From assembly GCA_030704845.1 (NCBI GenBank), contig JAUYKZ010000002.1, positions 15,385 to 79,384 on the forward strand: a stretch of 64,000 nt of DNA, read 5' to 3'. The translations under genes were made by a program, and so were the position numbers. Positions 19,364 to 28,237 of the stretch are shown here, piece by piece. The notes beneath the pieces were generated by a model. The model was not told the DNA's origin and did not search any database. It saw only the letters and a list, made by a program, of their open reading frames with translations. Each line of letters opens with the position of its first letter. Position 1 is the stretch's first letter. This DNA is from an archaeon. GTDB taxonomy: Archaea; Nanobdellota; Nanobdellia; Woesearchaeales; GW2011-AR9.

Positions 19364-19402
19364 ACTGTAACGTTTATATACCTTCAGTCCTTTCATCTAA
19401 GA

Positions 19403-21541
19403 ATGGAATTTGGTTCTAACTCTGGTCTTGGAAATAATTATTTTCACGCTATGGATCGCGAGTACGAAGCTGGTGCCGCAAGTCATCACGATTGCGGTCA
19501 TGATCACGGATCTAAAGCTACCGGCGATTTAGGTGTCAGTGTGGGTGATCTTGGTTTTAGTTTTGCTCTTGGTCCAGTTTCTAATGTACAACAAATTGCT
19601 GCTAAACTTCGTCCCGGTTCAAAAACAGTAGAATTAGTTTTTACCGGCAGAAAAAAAGGAAGTGGGCAAGCACAGACTCCAGAATATTATGGAGAAAGAC
19701 AAAGACAAGCCTTACGAGAAGTAGCAGCGGCAAATAGGGTAGATTTTACAACTCACAGTACGGTTGGAGTTACGGGAGTTGCCGGCTTAGGTCAACGGGG
19801 ATTTTCATTGGAAGAAAAAAATCAAGCTGTTGAAGAAGTAAAACGAGCAATTGAATTTGCAGCTGATGTAGCAAGGGGTGGTCCGGTAGTTGTACATACT
19901 GGGGAAATACAACGGCCGATTGCAGCTTCAGATTGGAATCAGAAAGGTGATTTTGCAGGTAAATTTGAGATGCATGAAAAAGAAGATGAAAATGCGACAT
20001 TCATGATTGTTGATACTAGGCAAGGTAGTATAGTTGATGAAGCTAAAAAAAATATGACTGTCGCACGTCCTATCTGGTTAATGGCTAAACCTGGCCAGAA
20101 ATATCTTGATCAAAATGGTAATTTAAACACAGCTAAACCTGGCGAGGAGATTTATGTAGATTATTTTGATCATCAGGTTGGTAGATCTGAAAGACTTCCT
20201 GAATATGATAACGAAAAACAAAATTTCAAGACAATACAATACGGTTGGAATGACATTGTAAAAGAATCCCAAAGAATGACTCAAGAGGCTAAAGAAACTT
20301 GGAATCGTTATAAGGGCGGAAAATTATCACCGGAAGAACTGGATTCTTCTTTATGGCGTGAGAGAATAAAGTTGGCTCATTCCGAAAAAGATTTATTTGT
20401 TTCTCCGGAAGAAGCACATGCTATTGCTCGTCTTGAAACACAGGCTGCTTCGGCATTGGGGCAAGCAGTGCGTTACGGAAGCGATTTCAATGAAACTATC
20501 AAACGGATCAACCGTTTTAATAAAGCTAAAGAAACAGTACTTGCGATGGAGAAAACAAAATCGGATGCAGAAAAAAATCAATTAAGAGAAGAATTTCAGC
20601 AACAATTTGGCGATTTAGGAATTCATGAAGAAAGATATCTTAAATCGGAATTTATTGAAGAACAAATAAAAAATCTAAAAAGCAGTTTACGTTACAATCA
20701 AGAAGCGTCTTCCAGTCAAAGATTGCAGGCCGAAGAAACTTTGGAAAAAGCTAGATATCTCCGAAGTGCACAAGGTTATGCGCAACAGGAAGCTTATGAT
20801 GCTTATGCTCAAGCTGGAATTTCTGCAATGAGAGAATCTGATCAATTAAAAGAACAAGGAAAATTAAAAAAACCGATTGTGGTAGCTATGGAAAATTTAT
20901 GGCCGGAACAATATGGTAGTCATCCAGACGAAATGAAAGAACTTGTAATTGGAAGCCAGAAAAGGATGGCCGAGAAGTTACAACAATTAGGATTAAGTCA
21001 AGAGCAGGCGGAAAACAGATCTAAACAGCATATCACCGCAACACTTGACGTAGGACATCTAAATGTTTGGAGAAAATATTGGAAAGGAGATCCAAAGAAT
21101 ACTATTAAACAGAACGATGAAGAATTTAATAAATGGGCAGTTCAAAAAGTAAAAGAATTAGCTGAATCTGGTGTCGTTGGCCACGTTCATCTTGACGACA
21201 ATTATGGATATAATGATGATCATCTCGCACCAGGAGAAGGTAACGCTCCAATTCGAGAAATGGTTAAAGCTTTGAAAGATGGGGGATATAAGGGAGAAAT
21301 GATTGTTGAACCAGGAGCAGATTTTACTACGGATCATCCTTCTGGATTTTCAGCAGTTACAAAAACTTGGCAACATTTCGATCTTCCAATTTACGGTCGA
21401 GGATTAACTAGCGGTGGTTCAAGAAATTGGAGTAATGTGACTTACGGCTGGAGAGGAGCTGGGCAACCACCTTACTTTAGTTTTGGCGGTTATGTGCCTT
21501 CAGAAGATTTCACGTTATGGAGCGGTGTTCCATTTGAATAA
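19403..21541 (+). CDS. xylose-isomerase-like TIM-barrel protein with a very large internal insertion
   Basis: Likely start is MEFGSN at 19403, with a TTTATATA box at about 19371. The C-terminal VGHVHLDDNYGYNDDHLAPGEGNAPIREMVKALKDGGYKGEMIVEP is typical of the AP-endonuclease-2/sugar-phosphate-isomerase TIM barrel. A charged, coiled-coil-like insert of about 350 aa separates the barrel halves. Confidence 0.5.
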   Translation: MEFGSNSGLGNNYFHAMDREYEAGAASHHDCGHDHGSKATGDLGVSVGDLGFSFALGPVSNVQQIAAKLRPGSKTVELVFTGRKKGSGQAQTPEYYGERQRQALREVAAANRVDFTTHSTVGVTGVAGLGQRGFSLEEKNQAVEEVKRAIEFAADVARGGPVVVHTGEIQRPIAASDWNQKGDFAGKFEMHEKEDENATFMIVDTRQGSIVDEAKKNMTVARPIWLMAKPGQKYLDQNGNLNTAKPGEEIYVDYFDHQVGRSERLPEYDNEKQNFKTIQYGWNDIVKESQRMTQEAKETWNRYKGGKLSPEELDSSLWRERIKLAHSEKDLFVSPEEAHAIARLETQAASALGQAVRYGSDFNETIKRINRFNKAKETVLAMEKTKSDAEKNQLREEFQQQFGDLGIHEERYLKSEFIEEQIKNLKSSLRYNQEASSSQRLQAEETLEKARYLRSAQGYAQQEAYDAYAQAGISAMRESDQLKEQGKLKKPIVVAMENLWPEQYGSHPDEMKELVIGSQKRMAEKLQQLGLSQEQAENRSKQHITATLDVGHLNVWRKYWKGDPKNTIKQNDEEFNKWAVQKVKELAESGVVGHVHLDDNYGYNDDHLAPGEGNAPIREMVKALKDGGYKGEMIVEPGADFTTDHPSGFSAVTKTWQHFDLPIYGRGLTSGGSRNWSNVTYGWRGAGQPPYFSFGGYVPSEDFTLWSGVPFE

Positions 21542-21589
21542 GATTAATTTTTGAAGTAACTGTATTTTCTTAAACAAATAAAAATCCCA

Positions 21590-21780
21590 AGCCCTTGCGG
21601 GCTCAGGAAGAAGGTGGTTTATAGGTGTTTAAACATCTAAATTCCGCCATTCTATTGAATGGTGGTTTACAAGTAAACCACTAATTGATCAGTGGAATTT
21701 TGACTGTGATCAAAATTAGGCTGGCGGTGAACGAAGTGAACATGCTACCGGTCTATTGACCGGTAGTCCGCCAGTCCTAT
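21590..21780 (+). other. densely structured, G+C-enriched intergenic segment (possible ncRNA)
   Basis: Consecutive hairpins: GCCC-TTGC-GGGC (21591..21602); GTGGTTTA-CAAG-TAAACCAC; AATTTTGA-CTGTGA-TCAAAATT; and GGCTGGCGG..CCGCCAGTCC (21719..21777) enclosing the perfect hairpin CTACCGGTC-TAT-TGACCGGTAG (21745..21766). Confidence 0.3.
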
Positions 21781-21786
21781 TTTGAC

Positions 21787-21919
21787 ACGCTGAGAATTTC
21801 ATCTTTCACCTAGCGGCGTTTTTAGTCAGACCATCAACTAGCTGGTGAAATTCTGGCGTGTTCAAAAAGGAAATGACCTGAGCGAATAGGATATGCGCAG
21901 TCATTTTCTCTTTTTGACA
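21787..21919 (+). repeat. hairpin repeat family 2, copy B
   Basis: See 17267..17429. Flanked on both sides by TTTTGACA. Confidence 0.6.
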
Positions 21920-22064
21920 TTTTAGACGCGTTTTGTAAATTGTCGTTTTTGTAGATGAGATACACAATCTCATCTGGTGTTAAAGTGGAAACAAAGTCAC
22001 GGAGGTGTTGTTGGTATTTTCTTATTGTGTAATCCTTATTCCCATCTTGTATCATCATAATCAC
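21834..22064 (-). CDS. small hypothetical protein (3' end runs into repeat family 2)
   Basis: 76-aa ORF with a TATATAAAC box and GGGTGA upstream of the ATG on the minus strand. The C-terminal third is encoded by the repeat, so the true end is uncertain. Confidence 0.3.
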   Translation of the reverse strand: MIMMIQDGNKDYTIRKYQQHLRDFVSTLTPDEIVYLIYKNDNLQNASKMSKRENDCAYPIRSGHFLFEHARISPAS

Positions 22065-22203
22065 CCCAACTCTCGTTGTTAATAACTAAAGGAGAGGGTT
22101 GTTTATATAGTAACGGAACAGTGAGTAAAGAAGGGTAATTAAGAAAATCTGTCCATAACCTTTTTAAAGGGAGTTCGGATTTTTTACTGAAGAGGGGTTT
22201 CAT

Positions 22204-22923
22204 ATGACATTCAGTTTATTCGCAACGCCAACGTGGTTTAATGGGATAGATCTTATATTTGATACTATCTCTTTGATTGTAGCATTTTTAATTGCCGGAT
22301 ATAGTTGGAAAATTTACCGTTTAAGTAAAGAAAACAAGTTCGGGTATTTTTCTTTCGCTTTTATCCTAATTGGTTTGGCTTTCCTTACAAAAATTGTCAC
22401 GCAAGGATTAGTCTATTTTGAAAATTGGCGAAATACTGCAATGACTGTATTAATCCCAATTGTTGGAAGAACTACGGCCGGAGTAAATTACTCTGAATTA
22501 TTTTTCAGAAGTGGATATTTCATTTTTATGATAACAATGCTTGGAGCGTGGTTATTGCTTTTCTTTGTTTCTCAGAAAAGGTCTGGAAGATTGCATCGTT
22601 ATTATGACGTAAGCCAGATTGCTTTGTTTGTATATCTACTACTTTTAGTTACAACTGTAGCAAACTTAAGATATGCGGTATTCTATCTTACTAGTTCGGT
22701 AATACTTGGGATGACTGTTTTGAATTATTACAAAAATTACCTTGACACGGATAAACATTCAAGATCTTTTTTAGTTATGGCTGCATTTTTTGCTTTAACA
22801 TTAGGAAACTTATTTTCGGTTTTCTTATTCTTGAATCCATTCTGGTATGTTGTAGGAGAAATATTCCTTTTGGTAGGATTCCTAATCTTACTTTATACTT
22901 ATAGATCAATAACGAGAAATTAA
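22204..22923 (+). CDS. hypothetical polytopic membrane protein
   Basis: 239 aa with about 7 hydrophobic helices. No motif recognised. Confidence 0.45.
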   Translation: MTFSLFATPTWFNGIDLIFDTISLIVAFLIAGYSWKIYRLSKENKFGYFSFAFILIGLAFLTKIVTQGLVYFENWRNTAMTVLIPIVGRTTAGVNYSELFFRSGYFIFMITMLGAWLLLFFVSQKRSGRLHRYYDVSQIALFVYLLLLVTTVANLRYAVFYLTSSVILGMTVLNYYKNYLDTDKHSRSFLVMAAFFALTLGNLFSVFLFLNPFWYVVGEIFLLVGFLILLYTYRSITRN

Positions 22924-22925
22924 AA

Positions 22926-23222
22926 ATGACAGCAACACGAAGATCACGATTGGAATTGGTATTTGATATTCTTCTTTCTATTCAAAATAAAGGCGGAAAA
23001 ATTAAACCAACCCACTTAATGTACAAATCTAATTTATCACATAAATTATTAAACAGTTACCTTGAAGAACTTCTTCAGAAAGGATTAGTTGAAGTAAAGG
23101 AAGAAGAACCAAAGAAAAGACGGCAGAAAATTAACAAGTTTATCCATATCACGGAAAAAGGTTTAGGATTCTTGGAGGAATTCCGGCGCATGAAAGAGTT
23201 TACCAATGCGTTCGGGTTATAA
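22926..23222 (+). CDS. winged-helix DNA-binding protein
   Basis: 98 aa. LELVFDILLSIQNKGGKIKPTHLMYKSNLSHKLLNSYLEELLQKGLVEV has the pattern of archaeal wHTH (HTH_45-like) proteins. Confidence 0.5.
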   Translation: MTATRRSRLELVFDILLSIQNKGGKIKPTHLMYKSNLSHKLLNSYLEELLQKGLVEVKEEEPKKRRQKINKFIHITEKGLGFLEEFRRMKEFTNAFGL

Positions 23223-23893
23223 TGAAAGACAGAATCATTGTCGGTGTGGATGAAGCAGGAAGGGGTCCTGTTCTTGGTCCGCTCGTAATGGTGGCATTGG
23301 CGTTTAAGGAAAATGATATCCAAAAGCTAGAATGGCTTGGTGTTAAGGATAGTAAACTTCTAAGTTCACAGGTTCGTGAAGAATTATTTGAAAGAATTAG
23401 GGAAATAGTTCATGATTTTAGAATTGAAGTGATTGAACCAGATGCAATCGATCTTTCTGTAAAATCTGAAAACACCAATTTAAATTGGTTGGAGGCTGAA
23501 ACCTCAGCTCGTTTAGTTTCTGAACTTCATCCGGATAAAGTAATCATTGATTGTCCAAGTGTAAATATCCCTGCTTATAGAAATTATTTTGCAAATAAAT
23601 TAAGTGAGGGGGTTAGAAATACCGCTGAATTAGTTGTGGAACATAAAGCTGATTTTAATCACATGGTTGTTGCTGCGGCATCTATCATTGCAAAGGTGAT
23701 ACGTGATAAATCTGTTGAAAGTATTCACCGAGAAATAGGAATAGATTTTGGTTCTGGTTACTTAACTGATCCAAAAACTCAAGATTTTTTAGAGAAGTAT
23801 CATGAGACACATGCTGATTTATTCAGAAAAAGTTGGCGTTCTTATACCCGAATTGAAGAAAGGAAAAAACAGAAAACTCTTGGCGAGTTCTAA
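23222..23893 (+). CDS. rnhB: ribonuclease HII
   Basis: GVDEAGRGPVLGPLVM, GVKDSKLL and AAASIIAKVIRD motifs. 223 aa. Confidence 0.85.
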   Translation: MKDRIIVGVDEAGRGPVLGPLVMVALAFKENDIQKLEWLGVKDSKLLSSQVREELFERIREIVHDFRIEVIEPDAIDLSVKSENTNLNWLEAETSARLVSELHPDKVIIDCPSVNIPAYRNYFANKLSEGVRNTAELVVEHKADFNHMVVAAASIIAKVIRDKSVESIHREIGIDFGSGYLTDPKTQDFLEKYHETHADLFRKSWRSYTRIEERKKQKTLGEF

Positions 23894-23938
23894 TCAAAAG
23901 TCCAAATCTTTTTAAACTTTCTTTGTATACGTTCTATT

Positions 23939-24757
23939 ATGGTAATTTTTACTAATGTTAATGAGGATAATATAGCTATTCTCCTTAGAAAAGGTTACAC
24001 CATGGGTACAGTTAAAACTCAGTATGAAAAATTCAGGTTAAGCAAGAAAGGAGTAATTCTAATCCACTATACTTCTGGCAAATTATTATTGCAAGGCAAA
24101 GAGGATAAAGTGGATTATATCGCGGATGAATTGAAATCTTTAGGAATTGGAAAGGAAACAAGGAAAACTAATTTCAAAAAAGAAATCGGGTTAATGGTTG
24201 GAAGTGATGAAGCACTTAAAGGTGACACTTTTGGCGGAATTGTTGTTGCTGCAGTGCAAGCAAATGAGACGGATCGTCAGAAACTAATCGATTTAGGTGT
24301 TGCCGACAGCAAGTTGCTTAAAGATACTGAAATTATTTCTCTTGCCGGAAAGATAAAAGCGATGGTTACTTCAAAAGTAATTATCTGGTCTCCTGAAGAA
24401 TATAATGCTAAAGAGGGGAATGTAACTAAATTATTGAATGATTTACATTCTCAAGTTGTAAAAGGTATGAAAGGCAAACATGTCGTTGACAAATATCCTG
24501 GTTGCAATGTTGGCGAGATTATTGAAATTAAAGCCGAATCACATTATGTGGAAGTTGCGGCAGCTTCAATTTTAGCTAGAGCAGCTGGTTTGGACCAGTT
24601 AGTTGGATTAAGTAAAAAAGCAGGGTTTGATGTTCCTAAAGGAAGCACTCATGTAAAGGGAGCTTTAGAATTGTTGAAGAAGAAAAAGCTACCTTTTGAT
24701 AAATTTGTAAAGCTACATTTTAAGAACGTTGAAGGGTTTATGGGTAAGGGAATTTAA
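23939..24757 (+). CDS. ribonuclease HIII-like protein
   Basis: N-terminal domain has the ..IHYTSGKLLLQGK.. pattern of the RNase HIII N-domain. It is followed by GSDEALKGDTFGG, ADSKLL and VAAASILARA, the RNase HII/HIII catalytic-core motifs. Confidence 0.6.
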   Translation: MVIFTNVNEDNIAILLRKGYTMGTVKTQYEKFRLSKKGVILIHYTSGKLLLQGKEDKVDYIADELKSLGIGKETRKTNFKKEIGLMVGSDEALKGDTFGGIVVAAVQANETDRQKLIDLGVADSKLLKDTEIISLAGKIKAMVTSKVIIWSPEEYNAKEGNVTKLLNDLHSQVVKGMKGKHVVDKYPGCNVGEIIEIKAESHYVEVAAASILARAAGLDQLVGLSKKAGFDVPKGSTHVKGALELLKKKKLPFDKFVKLHFKNVEGFMGKGI

Positions 24758-24758
24758 A

Positions 24759-25475
24759 ATGCTGGAACAGCCTAAAATTACAGAAGAACAGAAAAAACAA
24801 TTAGAAGAAAAACTAAAAAAAATGTCTCCGGAAGAGATTGCGGCTTTTCAAAAACAACAGTGTGTGTTCTGTAAAATTATTGACGGGAGCATTCCTTCCA
24901 CGAAAATTTATGAGGACGATAGATGTATCGTGGTATTAGATATTAATCCTTCTACGAAAGGTCACGTTTTGCTTATTCCTAAACATCATTATGCAATTAT
25001 GCCTCAAGTATCCGATGAAGATCTAGGCCACCTATTTGTTGTTGCCAAAAAGTTGTCCCAAATTTTACTAAAAGGATTAAAAGTAAGTGGAACAAATATC
25101 TTCATTGCAAATGGTCCGGCTGCTGGACAACGTGCTCAACATTTCTTAATTCATATTATCCCGCGGAAAGAGGGTGATAAACTTTTACCTGTTAAAGAAA
25201 AGATAATCGATCATGACATGCAGGAAAAAGTAAAATTAGCGATTGAACGTTCTTTAAATAAATTACTGGGAGTGAAAAGTGTTACTTCCCCAAAAGTTGA
25301 AGTAGAAAAAAAACCGGCAGTTATAGATGCCGATTTAGATGTTGAAGAAATTTTTGGTTCAAAAAATAAAGACAAATTTGAAGAACAAGATGACGAATTG
25401 GAAGAAGATTCAGAAGACTCAGAGGAAAAAGAAGGGGGAGCCAATCTCGACGAGATAGCTAATTTATTCAAATAA
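24759..25475 (+). CDS. HIT-family protein with degenerate histidine triad and acidic C-terminal tail
   Basis: Start is MLEQPK at 24759, just after the upstream stop. CVFCKII..DD.CIVVLDINPSTKGHVLLIPKHH fold signature. The triad region reads HFLIHIIPR (canonical HxHxHxx has His at the Leu position). Confidence 0.65.
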   Translation: MLEQPKITEEQKKQLEEKLKKMSPEEIAAFQKQQCVFCKIIDGSIPSTKIYEDDRCIVVLDINPSTKGHVLLIPKHHYAIMPQVSDEDLGHLFVVAKKLSQILLKGLKVSGTNIFIANGPAAGQRAQHFLIHIIPRKEGDKLLPVKEKIIDHDMQEKVKLAIERSLNKLLGVKSVTSPKVEVEKKPAVIDADLDVEEIFGSKNKDKFEEQDDELEEDSEDSEEKEGGANLDEIANLFK

Positions 25476-25476
25476 A

Positions 25477-25992
25477 ATGGTCTGCGAATTTTGTGAAATC
25501 CTTGAACGGAAAAGTGGAAAAGAACAAATTCTCTTTGAAGATCAGGATGTAGTTATTGCAGTAAGAGATTCGGTTTTAACTCCGGGCCAAATTACAGTTT
25601 TCCCTAAGAAACACGTGCCAATTCTCGAAACTGTTGAAGATTCAATTTTGAAAAGATGTGCGGTACTTGTAAATAAGGTAAGCATGGCTGTTTTTGAAAG
25701 TTTTGGCAGTGGTGGAACTAATATTCTGGTTAAGAATGGTTTAGGCGCTGGTCAAATCATGCCTCATTTTGGAATTGAAATTATTCCAAGACAGGAAGGA
25801 GATGGACTCGAATTAGCGTGGGACGGCAATCCGTTAGCAGAAGATGAACAAGAATTAACGCTTCATTTATTACAGGAAGCTTTTGCTTCTTTAAATAGAC
25901 CGGATGAAGTTAAACCAGAAGAAAAGAAAGTGTTAAAACAGAAGAAGGGCGAAGACAATTATTTAGTGAAATCTCAAAGAAGAATTCCTTAA
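25477..25992 (+). CDS. HIT-family protein with degenerate histidine triad
   Basis: CEFCEI..FEDQDVVIAVRDSVLTPGQITVFPKKH. The triad region reads HFGIEIIPR, retaining only the first His. Confidence 0.6.
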   Translation: MVCEFCEILERKSGKEQILFEDQDVVIAVRDSVLTPGQITVFPKKHVPILETVEDSILKRCAVLVNKVSMAVFESFGSGGTNILVKNGLGAGQIMPHFGIEIIPRQEGDGLELAWDGNPLAEDEQELTLHLLQEAFASLNRPDEVKPEEKKVLKQKKGEDNYLVKSQRRIP

Positions 25993-27428
25993 CCGAACAG
26001 TTGTTTAATTATTTCTTTTGCTTCTTCAATCTGGGCATTACTTATTCTCGGTCCTTGAGATGTGTTTTCGGGATTAGATTTTATCGAGTAAATTCTTTCT
26101 TCCAATAAACATTGTTTTTTCATGCCTTCCGGAACATCTGGTTTTATCCCGATTGCTTGTTCTATATCTACCGGAAATTTTCCTGGATCAGCTGTTTCAT
26201 AGATTACTGCCATATCGTTAGGATTACTCTCTCTAAACAATTCTAATGCTCTCCATCCTACTGAACCGTGTGGGTCTAATATAATCCCATAAACATCAAA
26301 CACCATTCTCATGGTCTCATAATGTTGTTGGTTATTTACACTCACCGAAAAAATATCTCTGCGCATAGCTTCCATATCTGGCATTCGAGTAATAACTCCC
26401 GGTTGAGTTACTTTCTTAGTTATTGGATCACGTATATCATGCATGTGACCTTCATAAAAATCAATAAGCCTGGCAAGGTTACTTGGATGAGAAACAATCA
26501 TTGCTGATGATGGGGAAGATACTGAAGGATGGATTTCATACTTTCCGGTAGTTAAGAAATCGGGAAATTCTTTATTCTCGTTAACTCCACAAACTATCTT
26601 TGAAATCGGTAGGCCCATCTCTTTCGCGATTGCGGTGCCCATCATGTCACCAAAGTTCCCGGATGGAATACTTGCAACGAAAGGTTTATTGATCTTTGAA
26701 TAAGCAAAAAAAGGGTATACTGCTTGAGGTAATAATCTTCCAAGACTAATTGAATTTGCGGAAGTAAATCTTTCAGAATCTCCAAAGACCTCCGCGGCAA
26801 ATTCTTTACCTCCTAATAGTATCTTTGCTAAGGATTGGCAAACATCAAAATCTCCATTCACTTCAAAGGCATAAACATTACCTTGTAAAGTGGTCATTTG
26901 CCTTCTTTGTCCTTCGCTGATAGATCCTTTCGGAAAGAAAACGATATTATCAATTTTATCTAGGTTATGTAAGGCATCAGCAACTGCTCCACCTGTATCT
27001 CCACTGGTGGCAACTACAACTGTTCTTCTTAGATTTCTTTTTGTTAGAAAATAATTAAGAGTTCTTCCAAAGAATCTGGCTGCGTAATCTTTAAAAGAAT
27101 AAGTCGGTCCGTTAGTTAACCACAGAATGTAAGTATTATCATCTACTTTCTGAACTGTGGTAGGGATTTTAGAATTATCGTAAGCATTGCTTAATATTTT
27201 TTTTAAATCATTTCTTGGTATCTCCTCACTTAAAAAATAATTCAATACTCTAAAAGCGATATCAGCATAACTCATTGAAGACATCTCATCTATCTCTTCT
27301 TTGGAAAATCTAGGAATATCTTCCCTTGAAATCATATATAACCCGAAGTCATCTGGTTGGCCTTTTAGAAGCGCTTCTTCAAATGAAACTTTAGCAGATT
27401 TATCATTTGTGCTGTAATATTTCGGCAT
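25989..27428 (-). CDS. thrC: threonine synthase
   Basis: 479 aa. GPTYSFKDYAARF (PLP-lysine motif), TSGDTGGA and the SGNFGD loop. Confidence 0.75.
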   Translation of the reverse strand: MPKYYSTNDKSAKVSFEEALLKGQPDDFGLYMISREDIPRFSKEEIDEMSSMSYADIAFRVLNYFLSEEIPRNDLKKILSNAYDNSKIPTTVQKVDDNTYILWLTNGPTYSFKDYAARFFGRTLNYFLTKRNLRRTVVVATSGDTGGAVADALHNLDKIDNIVFFPKGSISEGQRRQMTTLQGNVYAFEVNGDFDVCQSLAKILLGGKEFAAEVFGDSERFTSANSISLGRLLPQAVYPFFAYSKINKPFVASIPSGNFGDMMGTAIAKEMGLPISKIVCGVNENKEFPDFLTTGKYEIHPSVSSPSSAMIVSHPSNLARLIDFYEGHMHDIRDPITKKVTQPGVITRMPDMEAMRRDIFSVSVNNQQHYETMRMVFDVYGIILDPHGSVGWRALELFRESNPNDMAVIYETADPGKFPVDIEQAIGIKPDVPEGMKKQCLLEERIYSIKSNPENTSQGPRISNAQIEEAKEIIKQLFG

Positions 27429-27467
27429 GAAAAAATAGATTAAATGTGCTTTATAAGTCTTATTGAA

Positions 27468-28196
27468 TTATTCTGACATCTTGTCTTTGATAGATCTCAC
27501 TTCATCCATCCAAGCATATAGTAGATTTATGTAAGCTTCATTTGCAGCAGTGTCATATGCGTAGAAAGGATCTTGTTGCCTATTATATTTTTCATGTCTT
27601 GGATCTAAGTTATTATAATGCCAAGCTGCATGTGTAAATTCGTGAACTAAAATGCGTATTGATCTTCTTAGACGATCCCCGGCTCGTGTCGTTGCTTGTC
27701 CGATCATATGGTAACCGTCTTCTAAACCAAATTTCGTCATTATCTCTTCAGCTTTTTTTAGGTCAAATTCAGAATTTTCATCTAATAAATATTTATTTCT
27801 TAGAAAATCAATAGCAAAAGGATAAAAATATGGTTCGTTAAGAACAATAAATTGGCCATCATAACCCCAGCTCGCAACACCCCCCGTTTTTTCACGTCTT
27901 CCGCAAATAATTGGAACTTGATTACTTACGATCAAATCTAAAACTTCTGAAGCTGGTACTTGCTGTATTTGCGGATCAACAGTATCTTCAATAGTTTTTT
28001 GTATCTCAATTCGATGATTAGAAATAACTTTAATAGAACTGTCTATATATTCCTGAATTTCTTGATGACAGGTAAACTTTTCATCCCAGTATGTTTTTTT
28101 ATTTTCGTGATAATCTGGATTTTCTTCAACATATCCACATCCTGATAAAGTTAATCCAGATATAAGGGCGATTCTTTTAATAAATGCTTTCAACAT
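27468..28196 (-). CDS. putative lipoprotein zinc metalloprotease
   Basis: N-terminal LSGC lipobox-like signal. HEFTH (HExxH) motif in LVHEFTHAAWH. Confidence 0.5.
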   Translation of the reverse strand: MLKAFIKRIALISGLTLSGCGYVEENPDYHENKKTYWDEKFTCHQEIQEYIDSSIKVISNHRIEIQKTIEDTVDPQIQQVPASEVLDLIVSNQVPIICGRREKTGGVASWGYDGQFIVLNEPYFYPFAIDFLRNKYLLDENSEFDLKKAEEIMTKFGLEDGYHMIGQATTRAGDRLRRSIRILVHEFTHAAWHYNNLDPRHEKYNRQQDPFYAYDTAANEAYINLLYAWMDEVRSIKDKMSE

Positions 28197-28237
28197 CTAT
28201 GATTACTGGTTGGGATGTTTTATAAATTTTCTCTAAA

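Noticed and set aside
19337-19402. N-terminal extension of the TIM-barrel ORF
   Set aside because: It uses a non-ATG start that overlaps the RNA terminator stem and the TTTATATA promoter box. The ATG at 19403 is more plausible.
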